64,000 nucleotides of DNA. Origin: Chlorobium sp. (GTDB lineage Bacteria; Bacteroidota; Chlorobiia; Chlorobiales; Chlorobiaceae). Location of the stretch: NCBI GenBank assembly GCA_049317185.1, contig JBMOIS010000010.1, positions 3,220 through 67,219 of the forward strand, written 5' to 3'. This document shows, piece by piece, positions 1 to 9,246 of this stretch. How positions within the stretch are numbered: the first letter of the stretch is position 1; the number at the start of each line of letters is the position of its first letter. The notes under the pieces were generated by a model. It saw only the letters and a program-made list of their open reading frames with translations, was not told where the DNA came from and searched no databases. The position numbers and the translations under genes are program-made.

Positions 1-1
1 T

Positions 2-895
2 ATCACCTTCTGGAAATCCGCCACTCCCATTGCAGGCGTTACAAGCAGCCTGACCTCTGTTCCTGCTGTCACCGCCACACAGCCAATCGAATTCAGGAAT
101 ATCCAACTCGCCGCAGATGGCAGTCGAACAATTGAGATATGGGAAACTTCATCAAAGATTGATATTGGCAACGTAGACCTCGACATTGCCCTGCCGACAG
201 GCTCAATAGCAACTTGGCAGAATGCACCCGGTTTGCCATCAGGCTGGACATCAGTAACCAATACGGAAAACCCTGGAAAGTTCATTCTCGGCAGCATGGG
301 CGTAACGGCGTTATCCTCTGGCTCTGTCCAACTTGGAACACTGACGCTCACCGTTCCAACAAACCAGCAGCATTTTGAACTCCTGTTGAAAACAGGTTTG
401 TTGGGTAACGATACCATTCCTGCGTTTGGTATATCGTCGGACAGCATGACCACCGCTCTTGATGGCCTTTACCAGCACATCAACATGCCTGTTGGTTCCT
501 ACGCCCTGACCAGTGCCAAGGTGTCGGGTACTGCCGAGAGCAACGCCATAAAATCCAATGATGCGCTTGCTGCCCTGAAGATGGCCGTAGGAATGAACCC
601 CAACCTGGATGGCAGCGCAGTGTCGCCGTACCAGTACCTTGCGGCTGATGTCAACCATGATGGTCAGGTCAAGGCAGCAGATGCGCTCAACATCCTGAAG
701 ATGGCGGTCAAGCTCAGCACTGCTCCTGAAAAAGAGTGGCTCTTTGTGCCGGAGAGTGTTGGAAGCGAAACGCTGATGTCAAGAACGAATGTCCTGTGGC
801 CGGATAACCCGATACCAGTCACGCTGGATGCTGACCAGGATTTGCATCTGATCGGCGTTTTAAGTGGTGATGTTAATGGTAGTTGGGTGGCGTAA
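2..895 (+). CDS. C-terminal part of a large secreted/surface protein with cohesin-like and dockerin-like domains (5' end lies outside the window)
   Basis: The frame is open from base 2 (ITFWKSATPIAG...) to TAA at 893-895. It contains a dockerin-like Ca-binding repeat ADVNHDGQVKAADALNILKMAV, a degenerate repeat AIKSNDALAALKMAV, a beta-rich cohesin-like segment (SSGSVQLGTLTLTVP) and a terminal GDVNGSW. Confidence 0.7.
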   Translation: MTFWKSATPIAGVTSSLTSVPAVTATQPIEFRNIQLAADGSRTIEIWETSSKIDIGNVDLDIALPTGSIATWQNAPGLPSGWTSVTNTENPGKFILGSMGVTALSSGSVQLGTLTLTVPTNQQHFELLLKTGLLGNDTIPAFGISSDSMTTALDGLYQHINMPVGSYALTSAKVSGTAESNAIKSNDALAALKMAVGMNPNLDGSAVSPYQYLAADVNHDGQVKAADALNILKMAVKLSTAPEKEWLFVPESVGSETLMSRTNVLWPDNPIPVTLDADQDLHLIGVLSGDVNGSWVA

Positions 896-907
896 AAAAA
901 CACCGTA

Positions 908-941
908 AGCCCGGAAGTTTGCACACTTGTACTTTCGGGCT
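908..941 (+). terminator. Hairpin just after the surface-protein gene, probable terminator
   Basis: AGCCCGGAAGT (908-918) pairs with ACTTTCGGGCT (931-941) with one G-U pair, 12 nt after the stop codon. The U-tail is weak. Confidence 0.45.
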
Positions 942-995
942 GCTTGGCAAGAGCAATGTGTTTTAAACGATGACGGAGTATTTTGCAGGCGAAAA

Positions 996-1041
996 GCTCA
1001 AAACAAAAAACCGGGGTTCAATCCGACATTGTGTTTTGAGC
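996..1041 (-). terminator. Probable terminator of rpmE-frr
   Basis: Perfect 10-bp inverted repeat GCTCAAAACA (996-1005) / TGTTTTGAGC (1032-1041), followed by TTTT on the minus strand, just downstream of the frr stop. Confidence 0.5.
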
Positions 1042-1055
1042 CTTGAGATGAGTCG

Positions 1056-1616
1056 CTATACCTCCATAATCTCTTTCTCTTTGTGCGTGATCAGCTCGGT
1101 AAGCTGTTTCTCAAATTTGTGGAGCATCTCATCAGCATCCTTTTTCCCTTTGTTCTTGTCGTCCTCGCTGATGTTTCTCGCTTTTTCAAGCTTTTCGATC
1201 TCCTGAATCATGTCGCGGCGAAGATTGCGAAGGGAGACTTTTGAGTCCTCTCCAAATTTTTTGGTGAGTTTTACAAATTCCTTGCGGCGCTCTTCGGTGA
1301 GCGGGGGAATGCTTACCCGGATGTTCTGGCCGTCGGCGGCAGGGTTGAGCCCAAGGTTTGCATCGCGGATAGCTCGTTCGGTAGCCGATACCATGGACTT
1401 GTCCCAAACCTGGACAATAAGCGTGTGAACATCAAGAACACTGATGTTGCCGACCTGTTTCAGCGGCATCTGTTGGCCATAAGCCTCTACCTTGACGCGG
1501 TCAAGCAGTGTTGTTGTTGCCTTTCCAGTCCTGATCGAAGCGATTTCGTGCTGAAATGCCTCGATGGCCTTCTTCATTTTAGGCTCTGTTTTTTGATAAA
1601 CCTCCCTGACACTCAT
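1056..1616 (-). CDS. frr: Ribosome recycling factor
   Basis: IRTGKA...LLDRVKVEAYG, IRVSIPPLTEERRKEFVK, typical of RRF. Confidence 0.98.
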   Translation of the reverse strand: MSVREVYQKTEPKMKKAIEAFQHEIASIRTGKATTTLLDRVKVEAYGQQMPLKQVGNISVLDVHTLIVQVWDKSMVSATERAIRDANLGLNPAADGQNIRVSIPPLTEERRKEFVKLTKKFGEDSKVSLRNLRRDMIQEIEKLEKARNISEDDKNKGKKDADEMLHKFEKQLTELITHKEKEIMEV

Positions 1617-1661
1617 AGCTGTTCCAATGTTAGTGTTGGTTTGCTGAAAAAAAAAGCTTGT

Positions 1662-1889
1662 TTATTGTGCGTTTGCCTGTGCTGCTGTGGATTTTGCAAA
1701 GCGCTTGTTGAAGCGTTCGACGCGTCCGGCGGTATCAACAAGAGTCTGCTTTCCTGTATAGAACGGGTGGCAGTTGTTGCAGATATCAACCTTGATGGTT
1801 GTTCTGGTTGAGCGGGTGACGAAGGAGTTGCCGCAATTTGCGCAATTGACAGTTACTTCCTTATACTTTGGATGAATATCTTGTTTCAT
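1662..1889 (-). CDS. rpmE: 50S ribosomal protein L31 (Zn-binding type A)
   Basis: [20 protein letters not shown]...[14 protein letters not shown]...TAGRVERF. The start is the ATG at 1889; the ORF-track extension to 2012 is not L31-like. Confidence 0.97.
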   Translation of the reverse strand: MKQDIHPKYKEVTVNCANCGNSFVTRSTRTTIKVDICNNCHPFYTGKQTLVDTAGRVERFNKRFAKSTAAQANAQ

Positions 1890-1989
1890 GACTTTCGTTG
1901 ACTTTGTCGTACAATAGATGATATGATCGGCAATAAAATTGTAAAGGTTGCAAATATACAAGAATTTCATTCCAGTTACAACCATTAAT

Positions 1990-4110
1990 ATGACCGGTTC
2001 AACATCAGTCACTTACCTGAAAGGGGTGGGCTCAAAAAAGGCTTCAATTCTCAACGGGGTGGGTATTTTGACGCTTGATGATCTTTTTGACTACTATCCT
2101 CGCCGATATCTTGACCGGAGCGCCATGAAAAGTATTGGCGTCCTTGCGGAAGGAGAAACGGTAACGGTTGTTGGTACGGTGATCAGGACGCAGCTTGATG
2201 GAGAGACTCCAGGCAGGGCACGTTTCAAAGCCTGGCTTGGTGATGCAACCGGTGTGCTGGAGCTGACATGGTTCCGGAGTGTCCGCTATTTTTCGCGCAG
2301 CGTCGTTCAGGGTGAATCACTTGCTGTTTATGGAAAAGTGAGCTATTTCGGGAGTCATGCCCAGATGCAGCATCCTGATTTCGATCGTCTGAGCCCCGAT
2401 CGTCTTCAGGCGAGTGAGGGTGAGTGCAGCGATTTTGAGTTGTACAATACCGGAAAGATTATCCCCATCTATCCGACCAGTGAGGCCATGAAGCAGGCGA
2501 GTCTGGGTTCAAAGCAGATGCGCACGCTGATTGCCCGTGCGTTTGAACAGGGTGCTCCGGGTCAGCGGGAGAATCTCACCCCTCCCATGGTTGCCGATAA
2601 TGGTTTACTCTCGCTTGCCGAAGCATATCGCGAGATTCATTTCCCCTCATCTCACGAAAGACTTGAACGGGCACGCTTCAGGCTGAAATGGAGCGAACTT
2701 TTTTATGCTCAATTGTTGTTTGCCCTTCGCCACAGTGAGATCAGGCGCAATAAGGCAGCGGTGAAGTTCACTCACTCCGGTGAGGCGACGCAAAAGCTCT
2801 TTGCCAGCCTTCCTTATACCTTGACCGACGGCCAGAAAAATGCGGTGCGAGAAATCTATCGTGATCTCAGGAGTGGCAGTCCCATGAACCGTCTTTTGCA
2901 GGGAGATGTCGGCTCAGGAAAGACTATTGTGGCTCTCTTTGCCATGGCTCTTGCTGCCGACAATGCGCTTCAGTCAGCATTTATGGCTCCGACAGAAATT
3001 CTTGCGGTACAGCACTATCTGGTGATGAAACGTTATTTTACTCCGCTTGGCCTGCAGGTTGGAATTCTGACGGGCAAGCAGGGGAAAAAGGTACGTCAGG
3101 TGGTGCTTGATGCCCTCAGCTCCGGAGAGCTGCATTGTGTTATTGGCACTCACGCCATGATTGAGCATGGAGTCAGCTATGCCAATCTTGGACTGGTGAT
3201 TATTGACGAACAGCACCGCTTCGGGGTGTTGCAGCGTAAGGCGCTCCAGGAAAAGGCGATCAATCCTCATGTGCTCCTGATGACAGCCACGCCGATTCCG
3301 AGAACCCTTGCCATGGGCGTGTTTGGTGATCTCGATGTTTCGGTTATTCGTGACAAGCCTGTGGGAAGAAGGCTGATCAAAACTTACCTGAGGTCGGAAC
3401 AGGAGAAGATGAAGGTGTATGATTTTCTCCGCTCACAGATTGCGGCAGGCAGGCAGGGGTATATTGTCTATCCCCTTGTCGAAGAGTCTGAAAAGATGGA
3501 TCTGAAAGCGGCGGTTGAAAGTTATCAAGAACTCTCTGCCTCGGTGTTTCCTGATCTCCGCCTTGGATTGATTCACGGGCAGATGAGCCCGGATGAGAAG
3601 GAGTCGGTGATGGAGCAGTTCAGGGGAGGAGAGATTGATCTGCTTGTTGGAACGACAGTGATTGAGGTTGGGGTGGATGTTCCCAATGCTACGGTGATGG
3701 TTATTGAACATGCGGAGCGGTTTGGGCTTGCCCAGTTGCATCAGCTCAGGGGACGGGTTGGCCGTGGAGAGCATCCATCTTTTTGCTTTCTGCTCTTTTC
3801 AAAAATGACGGCGGATGCCCGTGAACGGCTTGGTGCCATGGTGTCAACCAATGACGGCTTTGTTATCTCGGAAATTGATGCGAAAATAAGGGGGGCGGGC
3901 AATATTCTCGGAAAAGAGCAGTCCGGTGCCATGAGTGGCTTGAGAATTGCCGATCTGAACACAGATTATACTATCATGCAGTCGGCCAGGTCTGCGGCCT
4001 ATGCCCTTGTTGAACAGGACGGGCAGTTGCGGGCTGCGGAACATGCCATGATACGGGAGTGTTATCTGCGTCAGTACCACGACCGTTTTTCTCTGGCTGA
4101 TATTGGATAG
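1990..4110 (+). CDS. recG: ATP-dependent DNA helicase RecG
   Basis: YLKGVG N-terminus, [39 protein letters not shown]. Confidence 0.97.
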   Translation: MTGSTSVTYLKGVGSKKASILNGVGILTLDDLFDYYPRRYLDRSAMKSIGVLAEGETVTVVGTVIRTQLDGETPGRARFKAWLGDATGVLELTWFRSVRYFSRSVVQGESLAVYGKVSYFGSHAQMQHPDFDRLSPDRLQASEGECSDFELYNTGKIIPIYPTSEAMKQASLGSKQMRTLIARAFEQGAPGQRENLTPPMVADNGLLSLAEAYREIHFPSSHERLERARFRLKWSELFYAQLLFALRHSEIRRNKAAVKFTHSGEATQKLFASLPYTLTDGQKNAVREIYRDLRSGSPMNRLLQGDVGSGKTIVALFAMALAADNALQSAFMAPTEILAVQHYLVMKRYFTPLGLQVGILTGKQGKKVRQVVLDALSSGELHCVIGTHAMIEHGVSYANLGLVIIDEQHRFGVLQRKALQEKAINPHVLLMTATPIPRTLAMGVFGDLDVSVIRDKPVGRRLIKTYLRSEQEKMKVYDFLRSQIAAGRQGYIVYPLVEESEKMDLKAAVESYQELSASVFPDLRLGLIHGQMSPDEKESVMEQFRGGEIDLLVGTTVIEVGVDVPNATVMVIEHAERFGLAQLHQLRGRVGRGEHPSFCFLLFSKMTADARERLGAMVSTNDGFVISEIDAKIRGAGNILGKEQSGAMSGLRIADLNTDYTIMQSARSAAYALVEQDGQLRAAEHAMIRECYLRQYHDRFSLADIG

Positions 4111-4284
4111 TTTTGTTGTGAACAATTTCAATAAGTGACTTTTTTATATTAAGTCATTTACTCTTGTGCATCTACAGTCATCAGGATGAAGCGGTCGAAT
4201 TTCGTGGCGTTTGAGGAGTTTTTCACGAATGTTAATGGGGGAGTGAGTGGTATTTGTCAATGACGGAATGATTGTCGTTTTTTT

Positions 4285-5232
4285 ATGAAAAGAGATGATG
4301 AAGGGGTTCCATGCGGGTTGGTCATGGAGATATCCGGTGCCTCTTATATTGTTGTTTCCGATGATGCAACAGAGTATCGGTGCCGCACTTTTCCCGGAAC
4401 GAAAACGGAGAATGGTGATTCGACGCTTGTCGCAGTCGGAGACCGGGTTGAGCTGAAAATGATCGAAACGGGAACTGCATTATACGAAGCGGCAATTACC
4501 CTCGTGCAGCCTCGCCACAGTGCGCTGACAAGAAAAAGGGATGTTCGTCGCAACCGGAGCAAAGAGAAGGTGCAGGTGATAGCCGCCAATATTGATCAGT
4601 TGGTCGTTGTTGTTTCAGCCTTTGATCCTCCTCTCAGTACACGGCTGATCGACCGTTACCTCGTCTTTGCGGAATCCGAAGAGATGGAGATTGTGATTGT
4701 GGTCAACAAGATGGATCTTGAGGATTCGAAGGAGACTCGTCAGTTGATGAAGCCCTATAAGGCGCTTGGATACAGAGTTGTCTATACCAGCGCTGAAGAG
4801 AAGAGAGGTATGGGGCTCCTTCGAAAGGCGCTGGCTGGAAAACTTTCAGCGTTCAGTGGGCATTCTGGTGTTGGAAAGTCAACGTTGATCAATCAGCTCT
4901 CCGGTCAAGAAGATCGGCTTCGTACCGGTGAAACCAATATGAAGACCGGAAAGGGGCTCCATACGACCACAAATTCTGTTATGCTTGCTCTGCCAAAGGG
5001 TGGCTATATCATCGATACTCCGGGGATCAGGGAGTTTAATCTTTCAGGAATTACCCGCGACAATCTGCGCTTCTATTTCAGGGAGTTTCTCTCAGTGATG
5101 CAGGAGTGCAGTTACTCTTCATGTTCTCATACCGTAGAGCCCGGGTGCGGGATTATGAAGGCGGTGGAGGATGGTCGTATTGATCCCGACCGTTTCGAGA
5201 GTTATCTTGCAATCTATGAGAGCATCGATTAA
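4285..5232 (+). CDS. rsgA: Ribosome small subunit-dependent GTPase A
   Basis: Circularly permuted GTPase motifs NKMD, GHSGVGKST, DTPG, and Zn finger CSYSSCSHTVEPGC. Confidence 0.96.
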   Translation: MKRDDEGVPCGLVMEISGASYIVVSDDATEYRCRTFPGTKTENGDSTLVAVGDRVELKMIETGTALYEAAITLVQPRHSALTRKRDVRRNRSKEKVQVIAANIDQLVVVVSAFDPPLSTRLIDRYLVFAESEEMEIVIVVNKMDLEDSKETRQLMKPYKALGYRVVYTSAEEKRGMGLLRKALAGKLSAFSGHSGVGKSTLINQLSGQEDRLRTGETNMKTGKGLHTTTNSVMLALPKGGYIIDTPGIREFNLSGITRDNLRFYFREFLSVMQECSYSSCSHTVEPGCGIMKAVEDGRIDPDRFESYLAIYESID

Positions 5233-5261
5233 TTTCTTTTCATCACTAACCGTTATGCCTA

Positions 5262-6635
5262 ATGATCATTACCGTTAATCCTGCTACCGAAGAGCCGATT
5301 GCCGAGTATCAGACCATGATATCCTGCGAGATTGAAGAGATCCTGCAGGTATCCCGCAGAGATGCTCTGTCATGGAGAAAAGTCTCACTGCTGGAACGCA
5401 GTTTACAGATGATGTTTCTTGCGGAACTGATGCGTCAAAAGAAAGAGCATTGTGCTGCACTGATAACGCTTGAAATGGGCAAGCCTTTGGCTCAGGCAGT
5501 CGCTGAAGTGGTCAAGTCAGCCTGGGTCTGCGATTATTATGCAGATCATGCGGAAGAGTTTTTAATGCAGGAAGAGAGTCTGCTTGATGGGGGTGTTCGA
5601 GGCCTGGTTACCTTTGAACCCATCGGTCTTGTGCTTGGCATTATGCCGTGGAATTTCCCCTTCTGGCAGGTGCTCAGGTTTGCGGCACCGGCAATCATGG
5701 CGGGTAATGGCATTATTGTCAAGCACGCACCGAGTGTTACCGGTTCAGCCATTGCCATCGAAGAGCTTTTCCGCGAAGCCGGCTTTCCCGAGCATCTTTA
5801 CAGAACCGTTCATATCGACCTTGAAGATGTTGACCGCTTGACTGGTTTCATGATTGATCATCCCGCCATTCAGGGCGTTTCAGTGACGGGCAGTACTGCC
5901 GCTGGCCGTGCTGTTGCCGCAAAGGCCGGGCGAGCCATCAAAAGAAGCGTCCTTGAGCTTGGCGGTAGTGATCCCTACATTGTGCTTGATGATGCTGATA
6001 TTCCTGAGGCAGTTGCTATCTGTGCTGCGGCGCGTCTGCTCAATTGTGGACAGAGTTGCATTTCCGCAAAACGCTTTATTGTGCAATCCTCAGTCATCAA
6101 GGAGTTTGAACGCCTGCTTCTGCAACGCATGGAGGCTTCGGTGATGGGCGATCCGTTTGATCCAACAGTGGACATTGGCCCGATGGCACGCCGCGATCTT
6201 CGCGACCAACTGCACGCACAGGTTTCTGGAAGTGTTGAACAGGGAGCCCGATTGCTGTGCGGTGGGAAAATTCCTGAAAGAAAAGGATTTTTCTATCCTC
6301 CAACACTTCTCGCGGGAGTGCAGAAGGGGATGCCGGTGTACGATGAAGAGACATTCGGGCCAGTTGCCGTGATTATTGAAGCGGTTGATGATGATGATGC
6401 AATACGCATAGCAAATGATACCCCCTATGGCCTGGGGTCTGCGGTTTTCTCCCGGAATATTGACAGGGCTCTTGCTGTCGGAAATCAGCTTGAGACGGGG
6501 AACTGTTTTATCAATAGTTCGGTAAAATCAGATCCACGCCTGCCATTTGGCGGTGTAAAAGAGTCAGGCTATGGCCGAGAACTCTCCCGCTATGGTATCT
6601 GTGAGTTTGTCAATATCAAGAGTTTTTCCCGGTGA
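5262..6635 (+). CDS. NAD(P)-dependent aldehyde dehydrogenase, succinate-semialdehyde dehydrogenase (Sad/GabD1-like) subfamily
   Basis: IMPWNFPFWQ, TGSTAAG, LELGGSDP, catalytic NCGQSCISAKR, EETFGP, FGGVKESGYGRE. Confidence 0.9.
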   Translation: MIITVNPATEEPIAEYQTMISCEIEEILQVSRRDALSWRKVSLLERSLQMMFLAELMRQKKEHCAALITLEMGKPLAQAVAEVVKSAWVCDYYADHAEEFLMQEESLLDGGVRGLVTFEPIGLVLGIMPWNFPFWQVLRFAAPAIMAGNGIIVKHAPSVTGSAIAIEELFREAGFPEHLYRTVHIDLEDVDRLTGFMIDHPAIQGVSVTGSTAAGRAVAAKAGRAIKRSVLELGGSDPYIVLDDADIPEAVAICAAARLLNCGQSCISAKRFIVQSSVIKEFERLLLQRMEASVMGDPFDPTVDIGPMARRDLRDQLHAQVSGSVEQGARLLCGGKIPERKGFFYPPTLLAGVQKGMPVYDEETFGPVAVIIEAVDDDDAIRIANDTPYGLGSAVFSRNIDRALAVGNQLETGNCFINSSVKSDPRLPFGGVKESGYGRELSRYGICEFVNIKSFSR

Positions 6636-6683
6636 CGGCGAATATGGTTTTCTCAACAATAGGTATAAAAAAAAGAGATTTTT

Positions 6684-7376
6684 ATGGATAAACGTCAGGC
6701 ATTACGCGAATTAGCGGTCACACGCAAACAGACTCCGCCACCTGAAGGATCATTTCGTCTTGGGAAATACCATGAAGGGATTTACGAATGTGATCACGTC
6801 TCGCCTTACACCAAAGGCGCTGATAATGTCAATGCTGAGATTTTTGTGCTATTGCAGGATTGGGGTTCTGATGATGAAATGAGTCGATCGGTGGTTGATC
6901 TTGAAAAACAAAAATTTGAATTACTATATGGGCGCACACCTGGGCAATATCCTAATGAGCATCTTGAAGAGCTACTCCACAAGTATTTTTCGATTGCTCT
7001 CGATCAGACCTATGCCACTAACCTTTTTCCCTACATCAAATCTGGAGAGGTAAGTGCTGAAATTTCAGACAAGGATTTGCGACGGGCTGCTGAAGAATTT
7101 GCTTTGCCACAAATAGCTATTGTTCAACCAAAACTGGTGATTTGTTGTGGGAAGAAGACGTTCAATGCCGTGAGAGTTGCTGCTGACGAGAAAGAGGTTG
7201 AGACAGTTGAAGAGGGAATTAATGCACCGTTTTCTCTTTATGGTTCTGAGGTATGGTTGCAGTCGCATCCCGGTATTCGTGGAACAAACAACAGAAATAG
7301 CGGTGGAGTTGACCGTGTCAGCGGTGACTGGGAAAAAATGGCGGCATCCTTTGCTGAGCTTTGCTCTGAACGATAA
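6684..7376 (+). CDS. Uracil-DNA glycosylase superfamily protein, divergent
   Basis: Motif-A-like IFVLLQDWG, YATNLFP, IVQPKLVICCGK and motif-B-like SHPG give a UDG-like alpha/beta layout. There is no canonical GQDPY and no Fe-S cysteine set. Confidence 0.65.
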   Translation: MDKRQALRELAVTRKQTPPPEGSFRLGKYHEGIYECDHVSPYTKGADNVNAEIFVLLQDWGSDDEMSRSVVDLEKQKFELLYGRTPGQYPNEHLEELLHKYFSIALDQTYATNLFPYIKSGEVSAEISDKDLRRAAEEFALPQIAIVQPKLVICCGKKTFNAVRVAADEKEVETVEEGINAPFSLYGSEVWLQSHPGIRGTNNRNSGGVDRVSGDWEKMAASFAELCSER

Positions 7377-7406
7377 CTCTTTCATGCAGCCGGAAGGAAT
7401 TATCCT

Positions 7407-7814
7407 ATGAACAAGCCTGTTGATCATACTCTTGATACCCAGCTTCGCCAGGTGCTTGAGCGCCACCCGGAAATTCGGCTGGCATTGCTGTTTGGCTCTG
7501 TAGCGAAAGGGACAGCCCGTTATGATAGCGACCTTGATATAGCGGTTGCTGCTGATTGTCCACTTGATGTTCATAAGATCATGGCGCTGATTTCTGAACT
7601 GGCTGAATTGACGGGACATCCTGTAAATTTGTTTGATTTATCAACTGTTGGTGAGCCTTTGCTTGGCCAGATTATTGCTGGCGGTCGCAGAATCATGGGC
7701 AACGATACACTCTATGCTGAGCAAGTGCTTAAACATCTCTATAACCAGGAGGATTTTGTGCCGTATCAGAGAAGAATTTTTAAAGAGCGGAGGGAAGCAT
7801 GGATTGGGTGTTAA
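7407..7814 (+). CDS. Minimal nucleotidyltransferase, MntA-type antitoxin
   Basis: LLFGSVAKGTARYDSDLDIAV (GSx10DxD), followed by an overlapping DUF86/HepT-like gene. Confidence 0.88.
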   Translation: MNKPVDHTLDTQLRQVLERHPEIRLALLFGSVAKGTARYDSDLDIAVAADCPLDVHKIMALISELAELTGHPVNLFDLSTVGEPLLGQIIAGGRRIMGNDTLYAEQVLKHLYNQEDFVPYQRRIFKERREAWIGC

Positions 7815-8077
7815 TTGAGCAGAAGCTGGAATCTTTGCGTCGTTCTGTCCGCAGGGTTAAAGAGAAATGCGCTGAAAACGCGGCTGCCATAGCGAATAAT
7901 TACGATGCTCAGAATATTCTTTCTCTTACTATTTCACGAGCTGTTCAGATGTGTGTAGATATTGGGACACATCTTATTGCAGGTACAGAGTATGCTGCTC
8001 CCGTAACGATGGGGCAAACATTCGATAGTACACGACTGACTCTCCCTTGCTTGCTGCGTGGAGTAATGAGAGACTAA
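7799..8077 (+). pseudogene. Truncated HepT/DUF86 HEPN ribonuclease toxin
   Basis: The N-terminus MDWVLIEQKLESLRR...RAVQMCVDIGTHLIA...PVTMGQTFD is HepT-like. Similarity then ends near 8026 and the ORF stops at 92 aa, without the RNxxxHxY active-site motif. Both other frames stop within a few codons. Confidence 0.75.
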
Positions 8078-8080
8078 AAG

Positions 8081-8116
8081 AAAAAGCCTCTGCTTCGTCT
8101 GAAGGAGAGGCTTTTT
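8081..8116. terminator. Bidirectional intrinsic terminator
   Basis: AAAAAGCCTCT...AGAGGCTTTTT between convergent genes. Confidence 0.8.
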
Positions 8117-8141
8117 GATAGAGTTCCAGGTGCGATACTAA

Positions 8142-8657
8142 TCAGGAGGCAACCGCAAACTCTGCAAGGTAGGTTTTGATTGACTGATGTTTTCCAAGGC
8201 CAAGCTTTTTATGCATTCTGTAACGGATGCTCTCCATTCCTCTTGTCGATATGCCTACAGAACGGCCAATCTCTTTTGTGTCATAATTCAACTTGACCAG
8301 CAGGCTTATTCTCAGCTCACGCTGGTTAAGATTGGCGTGCTTCTTCTGTAGTTTCGATAAAAAAAATGAATCGGACTCAGTCAATTCTATATTGAGACGT
8401 TTTTCAATGGTTTCGGTCTCAATCAGGCTTAAACACGAATCGGTCATCATTCTTTTCAGGGTGCTATCAATTTCAAGAGCGTGTATCTGGTCAAGGAGAT
8501 TCCGTAACGAATTTGTTTTTTCAGCGATTGCCGTCGAAACTCTAGTCAGCTCCAAATCCTGATTCGCAATTCTTGCCCTAAGCTCCCCGATCTCTTTCTC
8601 GTACTCGGGAGTGGTTTTTTTGTTCTGTTCTGTTTGTGAGTGCATTGTGGTAATCAT
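8142..8657 (-). CDS. Short LuxR-type HTH regulator (coiled coil plus C-terminal HTH, no sensor domain)
   Basis: C-terminal NLNQRELRISLLVKLNYDTKEIGRSVGISTRGMESIRYRMHKKLGL is a LuxR/GerE-like HTH. Paralogue of 10156-11382. Confidence 0.8.
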   Translation of the reverse strand: MITTMHSQTEQNKKTTPEYEKEIGELRARIANQDLELTRVSTAIAEKTNSLRNLLDQIHALEIDSTLKRMMTDSCLSLIETETIEKRLNIELTESDSFFLSKLQKKHANLNQRELRISLLVKLNYDTKEIGRSVGISTRGMESIRYRMHKKLGLGKHQSIKTYLAEFAVAS

Positions 8658-9246
8658 TCGGGTTATTCGATTTATAATATCATCTTTGCGCTGTTAAAAC
8701 TCGTGAAATCGGTACATTCTTGCAACAGCACCCAAGAATTCCGGTACTTCCCCAAGGTTCTTCCTGTAACGTCTCTTGTTTTCCTGATTTTTCCGGGGAT
8801 ATATTATCCCCCGTCACTTGCCTACTTTGCGACCTCCATTTTTTAATTGGTTCAGAACACTTTCTTATGACCAGGACAACGAGCTATTTTCTGATTATTG
8901 ACCATAACAACAAAAAAACACAACCCAAACCTCAATAGCAGATAATATAAGCAAGTTCATAGTACTTTCATAGCTATTTGAACTGTATTTGTGTTCGATT
9001 GCCCATATTTTATTGCTGACGTGTTCACAGGAGTAATATTTGTTTTTTTTTACACAAACGCAAAAGAATATTTGTATTTCTACGGATAAACACTCTTTTT
9101 CTTTTTTTTATACTTTGGCGGGATATTTTCCCTTGTGATTTTGCATTTATTCATGCTGCAAATTCATTGCAGAACTACTTAGGCGCCTTAATTGCTGTAT
9201 AGTTACTTTGTTTATAGTGGTGTGTTTTTTCTTTTCAATTTTCAGC

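Noticed and set aside
1011-1030. GGTTCAATCC resembling a tRNA T-arm
   Set aside because: Only 2 bp flank the loop, there is no acceptor or anticodon stem, and it lies within the loop of the frr terminator hairpin.
1948-1989. ORF-track N-terminal extensions (recG; also rpmE, thyX, valS, ftsK, rpsB, rfbB)
   Set aside because: The extensions overlap neighbouring genes or leaders and lack homology-like character, so I used downstream ATG starts.
7065-7619. 184-aa minus-strand ORF across the UDG-like and mntA genes
   Set aside because: It overlaps two plus-strand genes with recognisable motifs and has none of its own.
8680-8818. Possible 45-aa GTG-start peptide containing GCCCK on the minus strand upstream of the short LuxR gene
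   Set aside because: The SD-like GGAGG is about 14 nt from the start, no family is recognisable, and an ORF of this length is expected by chance.
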